A stretch of 64,000 nt of DNA from Myxococcota bacterium (GTDB taxonomy: Bacteria > Myxococcota_A > Polyangia > Nannocystales > Nannocystaceae), in NCBI GenBank assembly GCA_039028615.1, contig JBCCHT010000010.1:192001-256000 (forward strand). Direction: 5' to 3'. A program made the translations under genes and the position numbers. This document shows positions 28,263-38,750 of this stretch, piece by piece. Under the pieces are notes generated by a model. The model ran no database searches and had not been told where the DNA came from. It saw only the letters and a program-made list of their open reading frames with translations. How positions within the stretch are numbered: the first letter of the stretch is position 1; each line of letters begins with the position of its first letter.

Positions 28263-28832
28263 ATGACGGTGCCGATGAAGCTTCGTCTGTCGTCCGTCGT
28301 CGTCGCCGTGGTCGCGTGTCTGGGGTGCAGTCCCGCGGTGGGAGCAGGGTCCGCGCCTGCAGCTCCGCCGAGCCCGGCGCTCGAGGCTCCGCCCGAACCC
28401 GAGCCCGAGCCCGAGCCCGCCCCCGAGGTCGCGGCCGTCGGTGGCTTCGACCATGTGGGGCTGACGGTGAGCAATCTCGAGGCGAGCCAGGCGATGTTCG
28501 TCGACGTGCTCGGGTATCAGCTGCGCGGCACCGACCCCAGCTACCCGGCGGCGTTCCTGTCGAACGGTGCGTCCTTCGTGACCCTGTGGCGGGCCGAGGA
28601 TCCAGAGCAGGCGGTCGCCTTCAATCGCCGTCGCAACGTGGGGCTTCATCACATGGCGCTGCAGGTCTCGAGCTTCGAGGCGCTCGAGCAGCTCCACGAG
28701 GCCCTCGTGGCGACCCCGGGCGTGGTCATCGAGTTCCCGCCCGAGCTGGCCTACGGCGGGCCGGCCAAGCACATGATGATTCGCGAGCCGAGCGGCAATC
28801 GAATCGAGCTGATCCACCGACCGCCCCGCTAG
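28263..28832 (+). CDS. VOC/glyoxalase-family protein with lipoprotein signal and (EP)n linker
   Basis: Lipobox CLGC; GFDHVGLTV, GLHHMAL, REPSGNRIEL. Confidence 0.85.
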   Translation: MTVPMKLRLSSVVVAVVACLGCSPAVGAGSAPAAPPSPALEAPPEPEPEPEPAPEVAAVGGFDHVGLTVSNLEASQAMFVDVLGYQLRGTDPSYPAAFLSNGASFVTLWRAEDPEQAVAFNRRRNVGLHHMALQVSSFEALEQLHEALVATPGVVIEFPPELAYGGPAKHMMIREPSGNRIELIHRPPR

Positions 28833-28940
28833 GCGCCGAAAACGAGGCGCTACGGCGCTCTTTTGTGGGATTTTCATTTTTTTCGATCCAGCGCAATCCC
28901 ATCGGCGGGCTCCCGGTACATCAGGCCCGAGTTGATTCTC

Positions 28941-30611
<1,671 letters not shown>

Positions 30612-30620
30612 GGCCCACCC

Positions 30621-31937
30621 TCAGGGCTCGAAGTGGGCGTGCCAGCGGCGGAGCACGTCGACGATGGTGCCGTTCTGCTCGAGGTCGACCGTCATGAGGC
30701 CAAAGGCCAGGATGCTGCCGTCGTCGTAGATGTCGACGGCGGTCGCGAGGTCGTTGTCGAAGATCGGCGCGTCGTTGAGAAAATCGCTGTTGTAGAACTC
30801 GGACCACACCGTCTCGCCATCGGGCGCGAACTTGGCCACCCACGCCTGTCCCAGGTGCTGGTCGCCGGGGCTGCCGAGGCCGGCGACGACGAGGTCGTCG
30901 CAGTGATCGAAGGCCATGCTCCGCGCTCGCCCGAGCCATTCGAAGTCCACCGAACTCAGGTCCCACCGCACGGACCCATCGGCGTTCACCATGTGCAGGT
31001 GGTTCGAGATGTGCGCGCCGTTGGCCATGCGGGTGCTGGAGGCGATGCCCACGTTGCCCTGCGAGTCCGCGGCGAAGCCGGTCACCCGGAGGCGCTCGCC
31101 GCCGGGGTTGGGTAGCTGCGTCGTCCACTGCGGCTCGCCCTCGGCGTCGAATCGGCGGGCGTACACGAAGTGGCCCGAGTTGAAGGCGTTGTAAGCCACG
31201 TGGATGGCGTCGGGAGAGGAGACGCTCAGGTACGTGTACTGGGTGGCGTCGGCGATGCGTCGCCGCCACTGCACGTCGCCGTCGCCAGAGATCCGATATA
31301 GCCACGTCCCGAAGTCGCGTTCGGAGATCTCGTTGCCGGCCACGAGCAGATCGCCGGTGCCATCGCTGGCCACGACGAAGTCTCGATACTGAACGCCGGG
31401 CTCCTGCAGGTCGACGACCCACAGCTGCTCGCCCTGCGGGGAGACTTTGTGGACCCGGACGAAGTCCTCGCTGTTGTCGGGGGTCACGCTGATCGTGCCG
31501 GCGAGCAGCGCATTGCCCTGCGGATCGACGTCGAGCGAGTCGCAGCCCGAGTCGTCGTAGGTCCACTCGGCCAAGCCGTCACCGTCGAGGCGGGAGAGGC
31601 AATCGGCCCCGTCGTAGGTCACGAACAGCGAGTCGCCGTCGCCGGTGGGGTCGATGACCACCGCGTCGACGATCGGCTGGTCGACCATCTTCATGTCCAG
31701 CGGGGCTCCGCGCAGGATGTCGTGCTCGTAGCAGGCGCCCGGCTCCAGGTCGGAGCCCGGGCCGGGAGGGGGCGTGCTCGGGTCGTCGGCCGTGTCGGTG
31801 CCCGAGCCCTCGGAGCCCGAGCCCTCGGAGCCCGCCGAGCCCGAGCCATCCTCGAGCGCCCCGGGTGGGGCCGTTCCACACCCGAGTGCCGCCAGGGACA
31901 CCACGCCTAAATATCGAAGAGTACTAAACCAAGACAT
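30621..31937 (-). CDS. Beta-propeller lipoprotein (SBBP-like repeats)
   Basis: Lipobox ALGC; repeats of D..G...AG / K.SP.GE..W. Confidence 0.75.
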   Translation of the reverse strand: MSWFSTLRYLGVVSLAALGCGTAPPGALEDGSGSAGSEGSGSEGSGTDTADDPSTPPPGPGSDLEPGACYEHDILRGAPLDMKMVDQPIVDAVVIDPTGDGDSLFVTYDGADCLSRLDGDGLAEWTYDDSGCDSLDVDPQGNALLAGTISVTPDNSEDFVRVHKVSPQGEQLWVVDLQEPGVQYRDFVVASDGTGDLLVAGNEISERDFGTWLYRISGDGDVQWRRRIADATQYTYLSVSSPDAIHVAYNAFNSGHFVYARRFDAEGEPQWTTQLPNPGGERLRVTGFAADSQGNVGIASSTRMANGAHISNHLHMVNADGSVRWDLSSVDFEWLGRARSMAFDHCDDLVVAGLGSPGDQHLGQAWVAKFAPDGETVWSEFYNSDFLNDAPIFDNDLATAVDIYDDGSILAFGLMTVDLEQNGTIVDVLRRWHAHFEP

Positions 31938-32037
31938 ATCTCAGCCTAGCAACCCACCACGGCCGAGGCGACCGACATCCCCGAGCGCAGGCACGCCAAT
32001 ACGGGTCGGAGCTCGAGGACCGCGATGGCCGGGCCGA

Positions 32038-32844
32038 TCAGGCGGGCACGAAACAGGCCCCGATGTCCTCGAAGCCGGGCGCGGGCCCCTGGAGGATCTC
32101 GGTGCACGTGGACGGCGAGGCACACAGGTCGTCCTCGGTCACGTCGCACAGCGGCACGCAGCAGTTGTCGGTCATGCAGTCGGGCGCCAGCGAGCCCGGC
32201 ACGCAGACGAAGCCCGGCGCACAGCCGGCGTCGTCGGTGACGGCACAGGGCGAATTCGAACCGCCGACGTCGTTGATGCCGATGAAGGCGCACGAGAAGC
32301 GATTGTCGTTGCGGCGGCACTGCAGCGGAGCCGGGCACAGCGACCCGAAGGGCGAGCAGTCGTCGGCGCAGTAGGGGATGTCGGACTCGCGGGCGGGCAG
32401 GCACTCGCCTTGGGAACAGTCGGAGTGGTTCTCGCACAGGGCGGTGCACAGGCCGTTGTCGCCTTCGTCGGCAAGGCATGCATAGCCCGCGCCGCAGCCG
32501 TCGATGCCATCGGAGTGCGAGGCCACGCAGGGATCGCTGGGGTCGAGGCCGCCGGGATCGGCCACGCACCCGTAGGTGACCACGCCGCCCACGACCAACG
32601 CCGTGCACTTTTCGTCCATCTCGCAGCCGGACTGCGTGACCGGGTCGCATGCGCTGCCACCCTCGCCCGACTCGTCGTTGCTGGGCTCGCCGTCGCCCGT
32701 GTCGTCCTGCGGCAAGAAGGTCCCGCCGCTGGGGGGCGGGGGCGCGCCGCTGCCATCGTCGTCGTCCTCCTCGCCGGGCAAGCGCTGGCAGCCCACGGTA
32801 GGAACGAACAAGGCCAGGGTGAGTAAGGCAGTCCAGCAGCGCAT
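32038..32844 (-). CDS. Cys-rich lipoprotein
   Basis: Lipobox TVGC; CDPVTQSGCEMDEKC...CCVPLCD...IGAC, more than 20 Cys. Confidence 0.8.
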   Translation of the reverse strand: MRCWTALLTLALFVPTVGCQRLPGEEDDDDGSGAPPPPSGGTFLPQDDTGDGEPSNDESGEGGSACDPVTQSGCEMDEKCTALVVGGVVTYGCVADPGGLDPSDPCVASHSDGIDGCGAGYACLADEGDNGLCTALCENHSDCSQGECLPARESDIPYCADDCSPFGSLCPAPLQCRRNDNRFSCAFIGINDVGGSNSPCAVTDDAGCAPGFVCVPGSLAPDCMTDNCCVPLCDVTEDDLCASPSTCTEILQGPAPGFEDIGACFVPA

Positions 32845-32968
32845 GACGAGCAGGCTAGCGCCGCGGTCGAGCCGTGGCGAGCCTCGACCCAACGGGCGAT
32901 TCATCCCAAGCTTACGGTCCGGTTCACGAACGCGCCTTCGGCGGCGCGCCGCACTCCGAGGCCGGGAC

Positions 32969-33487
32969 CTAGTCGCCGGTCGTGGTGCCGCCGGTCGTGC
33001 CGGAGCTGCTGCCGCTCGAATCGGAGGAGCTGCCGCCCGTGCTGGTGCCGCCCGTGGTCGTGCCGTCGGAGCTGCTTCCGCCGTCGGAGCTGCTGCCGCC
33101 GCTGCTGCTTCCACCCGAGCTGCTGGTGCCGCCCGAGTCGCTGGTCAGCGCGTCGGTGTCCGTCTCGGGCTCGGGGTCGGGGGGCGCTCCGGGATCGAAG
33201 TCCCGCCGCGAGCCGAGGTCCATGAAGACCTCGGGCAGCTCGCCGCCGTCTTGGTCGATGCCGGCTTCGTTCGAGTCGACGCACAGGCCCGGGCTCGAGC
33301 CGGGGCCGGTCACCGGGGTGCACTCGCCCGTTTGCAGCACGCGCCCATCGGACACGCACAGCAGGCCCTCGCGGCAATCGTCGGCGCAGATGCAGCGCTC
33401 GCCCTCGCGGGAGCGGCACGCATAAAGGCCCACCGCGAGCGCCAGGAACACGCCCCAAGGGGTACGAGAGGAGCTGGACCGAGCCAT
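32969..33487 (-). CDS. Small Cys-knot lipoprotein with S/G/T-rich tail
   Basis: Lipobox LYAC; GERCICADDCREGLLC; start abuts the greA stop. Confidence 0.7.
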   Translation of the reverse strand: MARSSSSRTPWGVFLALAVGLYACRSREGERCICADDCREGLLCVSDGRVLQTGECTPVTGPGSSPGLCVDSNEAGIDQDGGELPEVFMDLGSRRDFDPGAPPDPEPETDTDALTSDSGGTSSSGGSSSGGSSSDGGSSSDGTTTGGTSTGGSSSDSSGSSSGTTGGTTTGD

Positions 33488-33976
33488 CTACTCGAGTGCC
33501 CGATAGACGACCGAGACGACCTCGAACTCGCGTTGGCCCTTGGGAAGGTTGATGGTGACGTCGTCACCTTCGCGCTTGCCCAGGATGGCGCGGGCGATCG
33601 GGGTCTTGATGGAGATTAAGCCTCGGTCGATGTCGGTCTCGACTTCACCGACCAGCGCGTAGGTCTTCTCTTCGTCGGAGTCCATGTCGAGCAGCGTCAC
33701 GGTTGCGCCGAAGCCCACCGTCTCGCTGTCGAGCTTCGCGGGGTCGATGACCTGCGCGCGCCCGAGCTGATACTCGGCGAGGCGGATCTCGGCATCGATC
33801 TGACCCTGCCGCTCTTTGGCGGCGTGGTACTCGGCGTTCTCCCGCAAGTCGCCGTGCTCGAGCGCGGCCTCGATCTCGCGCACGTTGTCGTGGCGGTCGA
33901 CGTCTCGCAGCTGCTTGAGGCGCTCCCGCAGCTTTTGCTGGCCCGCGGGGGTCATGGGAAAGGTTTCTTCGGCCAT
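33488..33976 (-). CDS. greA: Transcription elongation factor GreA
   Basis: PMTPAG..KL, HGDLRENAEYHAAKE, GFGATV, ISIKTPIARAILGK. Confidence 0.96.
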   Translation of the reverse strand: MAEETFPMTPAGQQKLRERLKQLRDVDRHDNVREIEAALEHGDLRENAEYHAAKERQGQIDAEIRLAEYQLGRAQVIDPAKLDSETVGFGATVTLLDMDSDEEKTYALVGEVETDIDRGLISIKTPIARAILGKREGDDVTINLPKGQREFEVVSVVYRALE

Positions 33977-34185
33977 GGCGAACGGCAACGATAACCCAAC
34001 CGGTGGCCGGGGGCACGGAGTGCGGCGCAGGGGGGCGGGGCGAGGGACGCTTCGGCGCTCCGCCGGTCCGGTCGTCGGCTCGTGAGCTTGCACCACGACG
34101 CGCACGCGAGCGCGACCGGTCGGGTCCATGCCCGACGGGTGGCGGCTTGCTCGTGCCTTTTCGGACTGGGAGGCGGGCGTCGAGC

Positions 34186-34914
34186 TCAGCGGCGGATGAT
34201 CTTGCCGTCGCGGAGCTCGTGCTCACTGCCCACGCGGGGCCGGATGCGGTCGGTGTCCTCGCTGATGTCCCAGCCGTGCGTGGCCAGGCCGTCGAGGATC
34301 TTGGTGCGCAGGCGCATCGAGTCTTCCTCGGGATTGCACAGGCGCTCGACCATCGCCTTTTTGGCCTGGTCCTCGTCGCCGATGTCGATGAGCTGCTCGG
34401 TCGCGAAGTAGCGGATGCCTTCGTCCGCGTCCTCGACGTAGCCCGCCAGGAACTCGGCCACCTTGGGATCATCGATCTCGGCGAGGTGGGTGAGGATCTG
34501 GAGCTTCTTTTTGGGATCGCGCTCGTAGCCGGGCGGGTGCTTTTCGAGCAGCGCGTCGAGGATCTCCCACTCTTGGGTCTCGTCGGCGACGTCCTCGACG
34601 ATGCGCAGCGCCCAGGCCACGTTGTCGTACTCGAGGCAGAAGGTCTTGGTGGCGGGCAGGGCCTTGGTGCCCAAGGCGCTGAGCTGCCGGTAGCACCAGC
34701 CCTTTTCCTCTTCGTCCTCGATGCTCTTGGTCGAGACGATGGTGAAGCGCCGCAGCAGACCCACGAGGGCGACCTCGGAGCCGTCGGCGAGCAGCTGCTC
34801 CATCGCGTGGTAGCGCTCGGCCGACTGGGTGTACGGGTTGGTCGCCGTCTTGATCAGCTTGTCGTGACGCGACTTGGAACGACCGGCGCTGGAGAACAAA
34901 TCCTTGAAACCCAC
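34186..34914 (-). CDS. HEAT-repeat protein
   Basis: Helical repeats (FLAGYVEDADEGIRYFATEQL); GGAAGG upstream of GTG 34914. Confidence 0.8.
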   Translation of the reverse strand: MGFKDLFSSAGRSKSRHDKLIKTATNPYTQSAERYHAMEQLLADGSEVALVGLLRRFTIVSTKSIEDEEEKGWCYRQLSALGTKALPATKTFCLEYDNVAWALRIVEDVADETQEWEILDALLEKHPPGYERDPKKKLQILTHLAEIDDPKVAEFLAGYVEDADEGIRYFATEQLIDIGDEDQAKKAMVERLCNPEEDSMRLRTKILDGLATHGWDISEDTDRIRPRVGSEHELRDGKIIRR

Positions 34915-35026
34915 GAGAGACACCCTTCCGGTGCGGAGTTGGCGCTTTTAGCGTGACATCGAACGGGCATCAAGCTGACCGAGCGCGAGGCGGCCGGTTC
35001 GTGCGATGCCTCGCACGCGGCGGGGC

Positions 35027-35431
35027 TCAGCCGCCGGCTGTCGTGCCCGAATCGCCGGTTGTTTCCATGGCGCCCGAGGAACCCGCGGTGCTGCCGCTGT
35101 CTTCGGAGGAGCCCGCGGCGGTACCGCTGCCCTCCGACTCGCCTGCGGTCGCGCCGCTGTCCCCGGACGATTCGCTGCCGGCGCTGGTGTCGGTGGCGGG
35201 CACGCCTTCGCTGTCGATGGCGCCCGCGAGCTGACACTCGCCCGCGTGCGCCTCGACGTCGGAGCCGTCGAGGTGGCAGCAGCCGTCGGACTGACAGGTG
35301 TAGTCCGGCGGGCACTCGGGCGCGGTGTCCATGTCGCAGCTGAACTGCACCGCGGGGCGGGGCGCGTCGAAGCACGCACCGACGACGAAGCCGAAGCCGA
35401 GAGCCAGGAGCAGGAGACCCGTGCGTTGCAT
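35027..35431 (-). CDS. Small Cys-rich lipoprotein with acidic S/G/T tail
   Basis: Lipobox VVGAC; FSC...CPPDYTCQSDGCCH; TGATG overlap with the upstream gene. Confidence 0.75.
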   Translation of the reverse strand: MQRTGLLLLALGFGFVVGACFDAPRPAVQFSCDMDTAPECPPDYTCQSDGCCHLDGSDVEAHAGECQLAGAIDSEGVPATDTSAGSESSGDSGATAGESEGSGTAAGSSEDSGSTAGSSGAMETTGDSGTTAGG

Positions 35432-36246
35432 CAGAACCGGACCCTCACGTTGCCGGGGCTGATGGAGACCGATGCCCGTGGTGGCTTGCTGGGTTTTTTC
35501 TCGGTGCGTTGGCGACGGGCATCGATCGCGAACAGCGTAATCGATGCGATCGCCGTCACCCCGGCCAAGACGCCGACCCCGATGGCCGCCTTGGCGTACG
35601 CATCGCCGCGCGACAGGTAGCCTTCGTATTCCTCTTGGCGGTCGGCGTAGACCGGCTGGGCCCCGGTGCTGGTGTCGAACAGCGTCGACAGGCGGGTGGC
35701 TCGATCTTCTTGGCGCTCGGCCAAGCCGCCCAAGACCCCGGCCGTGGTGCCCACCGCAAAGGCGCCGAACATGGTCCACCAGGCGGCGGTCTGCATCGGG
35801 CGCAGGGCTTCTCCCTGGGACGGGGGCGGAGGCGCGTCGTCGGCTTCGTCCTCGTCCTCGAGGTCTTCGTCCGCGGCCTCGTCATCGACGGGTGTCCCGT
35901 CGATCTCGTCGTCGCTCGGTTCCGCCTCGGTGGTCTCGGCTTCGTCCGTCGCGGGCTCCGGCTCGGCGGGGGCCTCGGTCGTGGCGGGTGCTGCGGCCTC
36001 GCTCGCGGCTTCGTCCGCGGCCGGCGTCTCGGCGGGTGCCGGCGTCTCGGTTGCGGGCGCGGCTTCGGCCGGGCTCGGCGAGGGAGCGGGTTCGGTCGCG
36101 ACCCGGTCGGCCCCGGCGGTGGCTTCGCTGGCCGTGGCGGCGGTCGGAGCCAGGGCGAGCCCCGCGATCACGAGCAGGGCGATGCCACGGTCCCTGCGTC
36201 GGGCCGGGAGCCCGGCGGGGTGAGCGAGTTGCGCGGCTTGGGCCAT
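35431..36246 (-). CDS. Exported protein with acidic linker and two C-terminal hydrophobic helices
   Basis: Signal peptide, A/E/P-rich linker, TM pair, terminal VRVRF; same C-terminal layout as 1671-2543. Confidence 0.75.
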   Translation of the reverse strand: MAQAAQLAHPAGLPARRRDRGIALLVIAGLALAPTAATASEATAGADRVATEPAPSPSPAEAAPATETPAPAETPAADEAASEAAAPATTEAPAEPEPATDEAETTEAEPSDDEIDGTPVDDEAADEDLEDEDEADDAPPPPSQGEALRPMQTAAWWTMFGAFAVGTTAGVLGGLAERQEDRATRLSTLFDTSTGAQPVYADRQEEYEGYLSRGDAYAKAAIGVGVLAGVTAIASITLFAIDARRQRTEKKPSKPPRASVSISPGNVRVRF

Positions 36247-36320
36247 GAGCAGGCGAGATTGTAGTCGTGGCGAGACGGCAGCGCGAGGGTGGGACCGCTG
36301 CTATAGATGCCCGTCTCGCC

Positions 36321-36836
36321 GTGAGAATCTCGTTCAGGCCCAAGCCCCGCGCCTTCGGGCGACGCCGAGGGCGCGACCGTCGCAGCCTCGGGCGCGGCAC
36401 CGCGTGGTCGGTGGCCACGGGCCTCGCCATGGCGTTGCTCGCTCTCCCTGCGTGCGGCCCGGGGCTCGTCCCCGAGGTGACCCTGCCTCCGGCCGAGAGC
36501 TACGACGTGCCCAGCAACTTCGCCGGGGTCTGGGTCGGCGAGGCGGACGGCGCCGCGGGGACCCTCGAGGTCGAGGCGGTGGGCGAGAGCCAGTATCGCG
36601 GCGTGTACACGGGCGACGACGACGACATCGAGTACACGCTGACGCTCGAGCAGGACATGGTGCCCGCGGGCGAGACCACCATCGCGGGCAACCGAGCAAC
36701 CTTCCATTGGCAAGACGACCAGGGCATCGAGGGCGAGGGCTGGCTGCTCATCAATCGCGAGGACTCCGCGCTCACGGGGGCCTTCGGCGAGCGCGGCATC
36801 CTCGATCGCCCGCTGACCTTCATTCGCGTCGAGTGA
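36321..36836 (+). CDS. Hypothetical lipoprotein (small beta-barrel-like)
   Basis: Lipobox LPAC; FAGVWVG...GTL...YRGVY...LTGAFG. Start uncertain (36321 or 36429). Confidence 0.7.
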   Translation: MRISFRPKPRAFGRRRGRDRRSLGRGTAWSVATGLAMALLALPACGPGLVPEVTLPPAESYDVPSNFAGVWVGEADGAAGTLEVEAVGESQYRGVYTGDDDDIEYTLTLEQDMVPAGETTIAGNRATFHWQDDQGIEGEGWLLINREDSALTGAFGERGILDRPLTFIRVE

Positions 36837-38073
36837 GGGCCCCGAGCACGAGCAACAACGCGAGCGCCGCGGGGCCTCCGCCATTGTCCTCGCCATCGGC
36901 TCGGCACTGACATCCCGTCTCCGGCGTGTCGCCGCCGAAGGTCAACGGGTTCTGGGGCACGCCCGTCGTCAGCGAGGGCGGGTCGGGATCGGGCTCTTCG
37001 CCCGTGCTGCTGCTGCCGCCCGAGGTCGTGTCGCCCGCGACGCCCGTCTCGTCGCCGCCTCCGGTCGACTCACCGCCCGTGCTCGTGCCCACCGGGTCTT
37101 CGCCGCAGGCCGGGAGATCGACGCAGATCGAGATCTCCTCCATCACCTCGTTCATGTCCGCGTCGGTCGCGGTGACGCGCAGGGTCCACGTGCCCTGGGG
37201 GATGCCCTCGAGGTTCCACTCGTAGGGCGGGAACTCGTCGACTACCACCTGCATCGCCTCGACGATCTCCAGCTGCACGGTGAGCCCCCCGAACAGATCG
37301 CCGACCGCGGCGGTGACGGTGATGTTCGGTTCCACCACGCTGTCGTCGGCCGGCGACGTGATGGACACGAAGGGAGGGCCGTCGTCGACGCGGGCGCCGA
37401 TGCGGGCGAGCAGATCGGAGGTGGAGTTCTGCTGCGGATCGGAGCAGCCGGGGTGCTGGCCCAGGCAGTTCTGCGTTCCCGAGATGTTCACGCAGGTATC
37501 CCCGAACTCCAGCGCGCTCGCGGTGTAGCTGCCCATGATCTGGCCCGAGACCGACAGGTTCTCGAGCCCCCAGCCGAAGCCCAGCGCCGCGAACGTGTTG
37601 AACGCCACGCGGTGCATGTCCGTCTGCTGCGTCTCGTTGAGGCAGCCCCAGAACAGAAAGCTGATGTTCTCGACGTTGAGGTCGTCGCAGTCGGCGAGGC
37701 CGATCGCCGCCGAGCAGCCCAGCCCGGGGAAGCGCGCGGCCGCGTCCTCGGCCGTGCCCATCGCGATCATGTCGTAGTTGCCCTCGACCGGCCGCTCGAA
37801 CGTGTAGTTGATGTCGAAGGGGACCGACGCTTCCTTGAGCCAGTACAGGAACTCCTGCTGCTGCTCGTCCGTCAGCGCCGGCCAGCCGCTCACCATGCCC
37901 GGCGTGAACCCGGTGGTGTTGTACGAGTTCTGCGATGGGTCCTGCCCCGCCGTGTTCACGATCTCCACCGGCTCGGTGTTGATGAACACCACGCGCTCCG
38001 CCATCGCCGTGCTCGGGAACGCCAACGTGCCCAAGGCCAGGGTCGACAGCAGCCCTCCATGTCGCCAATCCAT
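36820..38073 (-). CDS. Secreted surface protein: degenerate zincin-like domain, Ig-like domain and MYXO-CTERM sorting signal
   Basis: Signal peptide; PPFVSITSPAD..PPYEW..GTWTLRVTATDA (Big domain); C-terminus GCQCRA...PAALALLLVLGALTRRE. Confidence 0.8.
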   Translation of the reverse strand: MDWRHGGLLSTLALGTLAFPSTAMAERVVFINTEPVEIVNTAGQDPSQNSYNTTGFTPGMVSGWPALTDEQQQEFLYWLKEASVPFDINYTFERPVEGNYDMIAMGTAEDAAARFPGLGCSAAIGLADCDDLNVENISFLFWGCLNETQQTDMHRVAFNTFAALGFGWGLENLSVSGQIMGSYTASALEFGDTCVNISGTQNCLGQHPGCSDPQQNSTSDLLARIGARVDDGPPFVSITSPADDSVVEPNITVTAAVGDLFGGLTVQLEIVEAMQVVVDEFPPYEWNLEGIPQGTWTLRVTATDADMNEVMEEISICVDLPACGEDPVGTSTGGESTGGGDETGVAGDTTSGGSSSTGEEPDPDPPSLTTGVPQNPLTFGGDTPETGCQCRADGEDNGGGPAALALLLVLGALTRRE

Positions 38074-38139
38074 GGCCGAATCCTATCAGCCTTCGTCGGC
38101 TCGATGGCCATGGGGGCGTCTCCCCCCATTGACTCGTCA

Positions 38140-38601
38140 TCAAGCCGACGAGGGATCCGCCCGAACCCCGTGCGAACGCAGGTGCGTGAGCACCCGGGCG
38201 GCCGTCACCGGATCGTCCAGCGCTTCGTCGGCGAGCACCAGGACCCGTGTCGTCAGCAGTTCGCGATGGACGGACGCATGTTCTCCGGTCACCGACATCA
38301 GCCGCAGGCTGGCGGCCGCCATCCGCGTCACCGGCATCAGCACCGGGATCCCGGCCACTGACCCCACCTCGCCGAGCCGACGGCACAGCGTCAGCCCATC
38401 GAGCTGCTCTCCCGCCTCGTCGTGGTGGGCGTGAAAGGGGATGAGCAGCACATCCGGTTGCGCCGCCACGACCGCCGCGATCGCCTCCTCGTCGGACGTG
38501 CCCGTCGCCACCTCAGCCGCTCCATCCGTTCCGATTCCGGCCTGGTGCAGCAGGTTGAAGACCCGCCCCCGCACCCGATGCAGATAGGGGCGGACGATCA
38601 T
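38140..38601 (-). CDS. Atypical (pseudo-)receiver-domain protein
   Basis: EEAIAAV..QPDVLLIP...DGLTLCRRL...IPVLM is receiver-like but lacks the acidic pocket residues. Confidence 0.6.
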   Translation of the reverse strand: MIVRPYLHRVRGRVFNLLHQAGIGTDGAAEVATGTSDEEAIAAVVAAQPDVLLIPFHAHHDEAGEQLDGLTLCRRLGEVGSVAGIPVLMPVTRMAAASLRLMSVTGEHASVHRELLTTRVLVLADEALDDPVTAARVLTHLRSHGVRADPSSA

Positions 38602-38750
38602 GAGCTTCGCCGCTGGCGTGGGGGTCACGGTAAGGGGAGCGTCGTGGTTACCGAAGGCGTTACGCCGCGACGCGGCACGACTCGGGCCACTGTTCGCGGA
38701 CGCCCGAAAACGAGGCCCATCATGGGCTGCTAGCATCCGCTCCGTTGCCC

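Noticed and set aside
28833..28865. GCGCCG...CGGCGC plus TCTTTT as a terminator after the VOC gene
   Set aside because: Short stem with a 14-nt loop; plausible but too weak to call.
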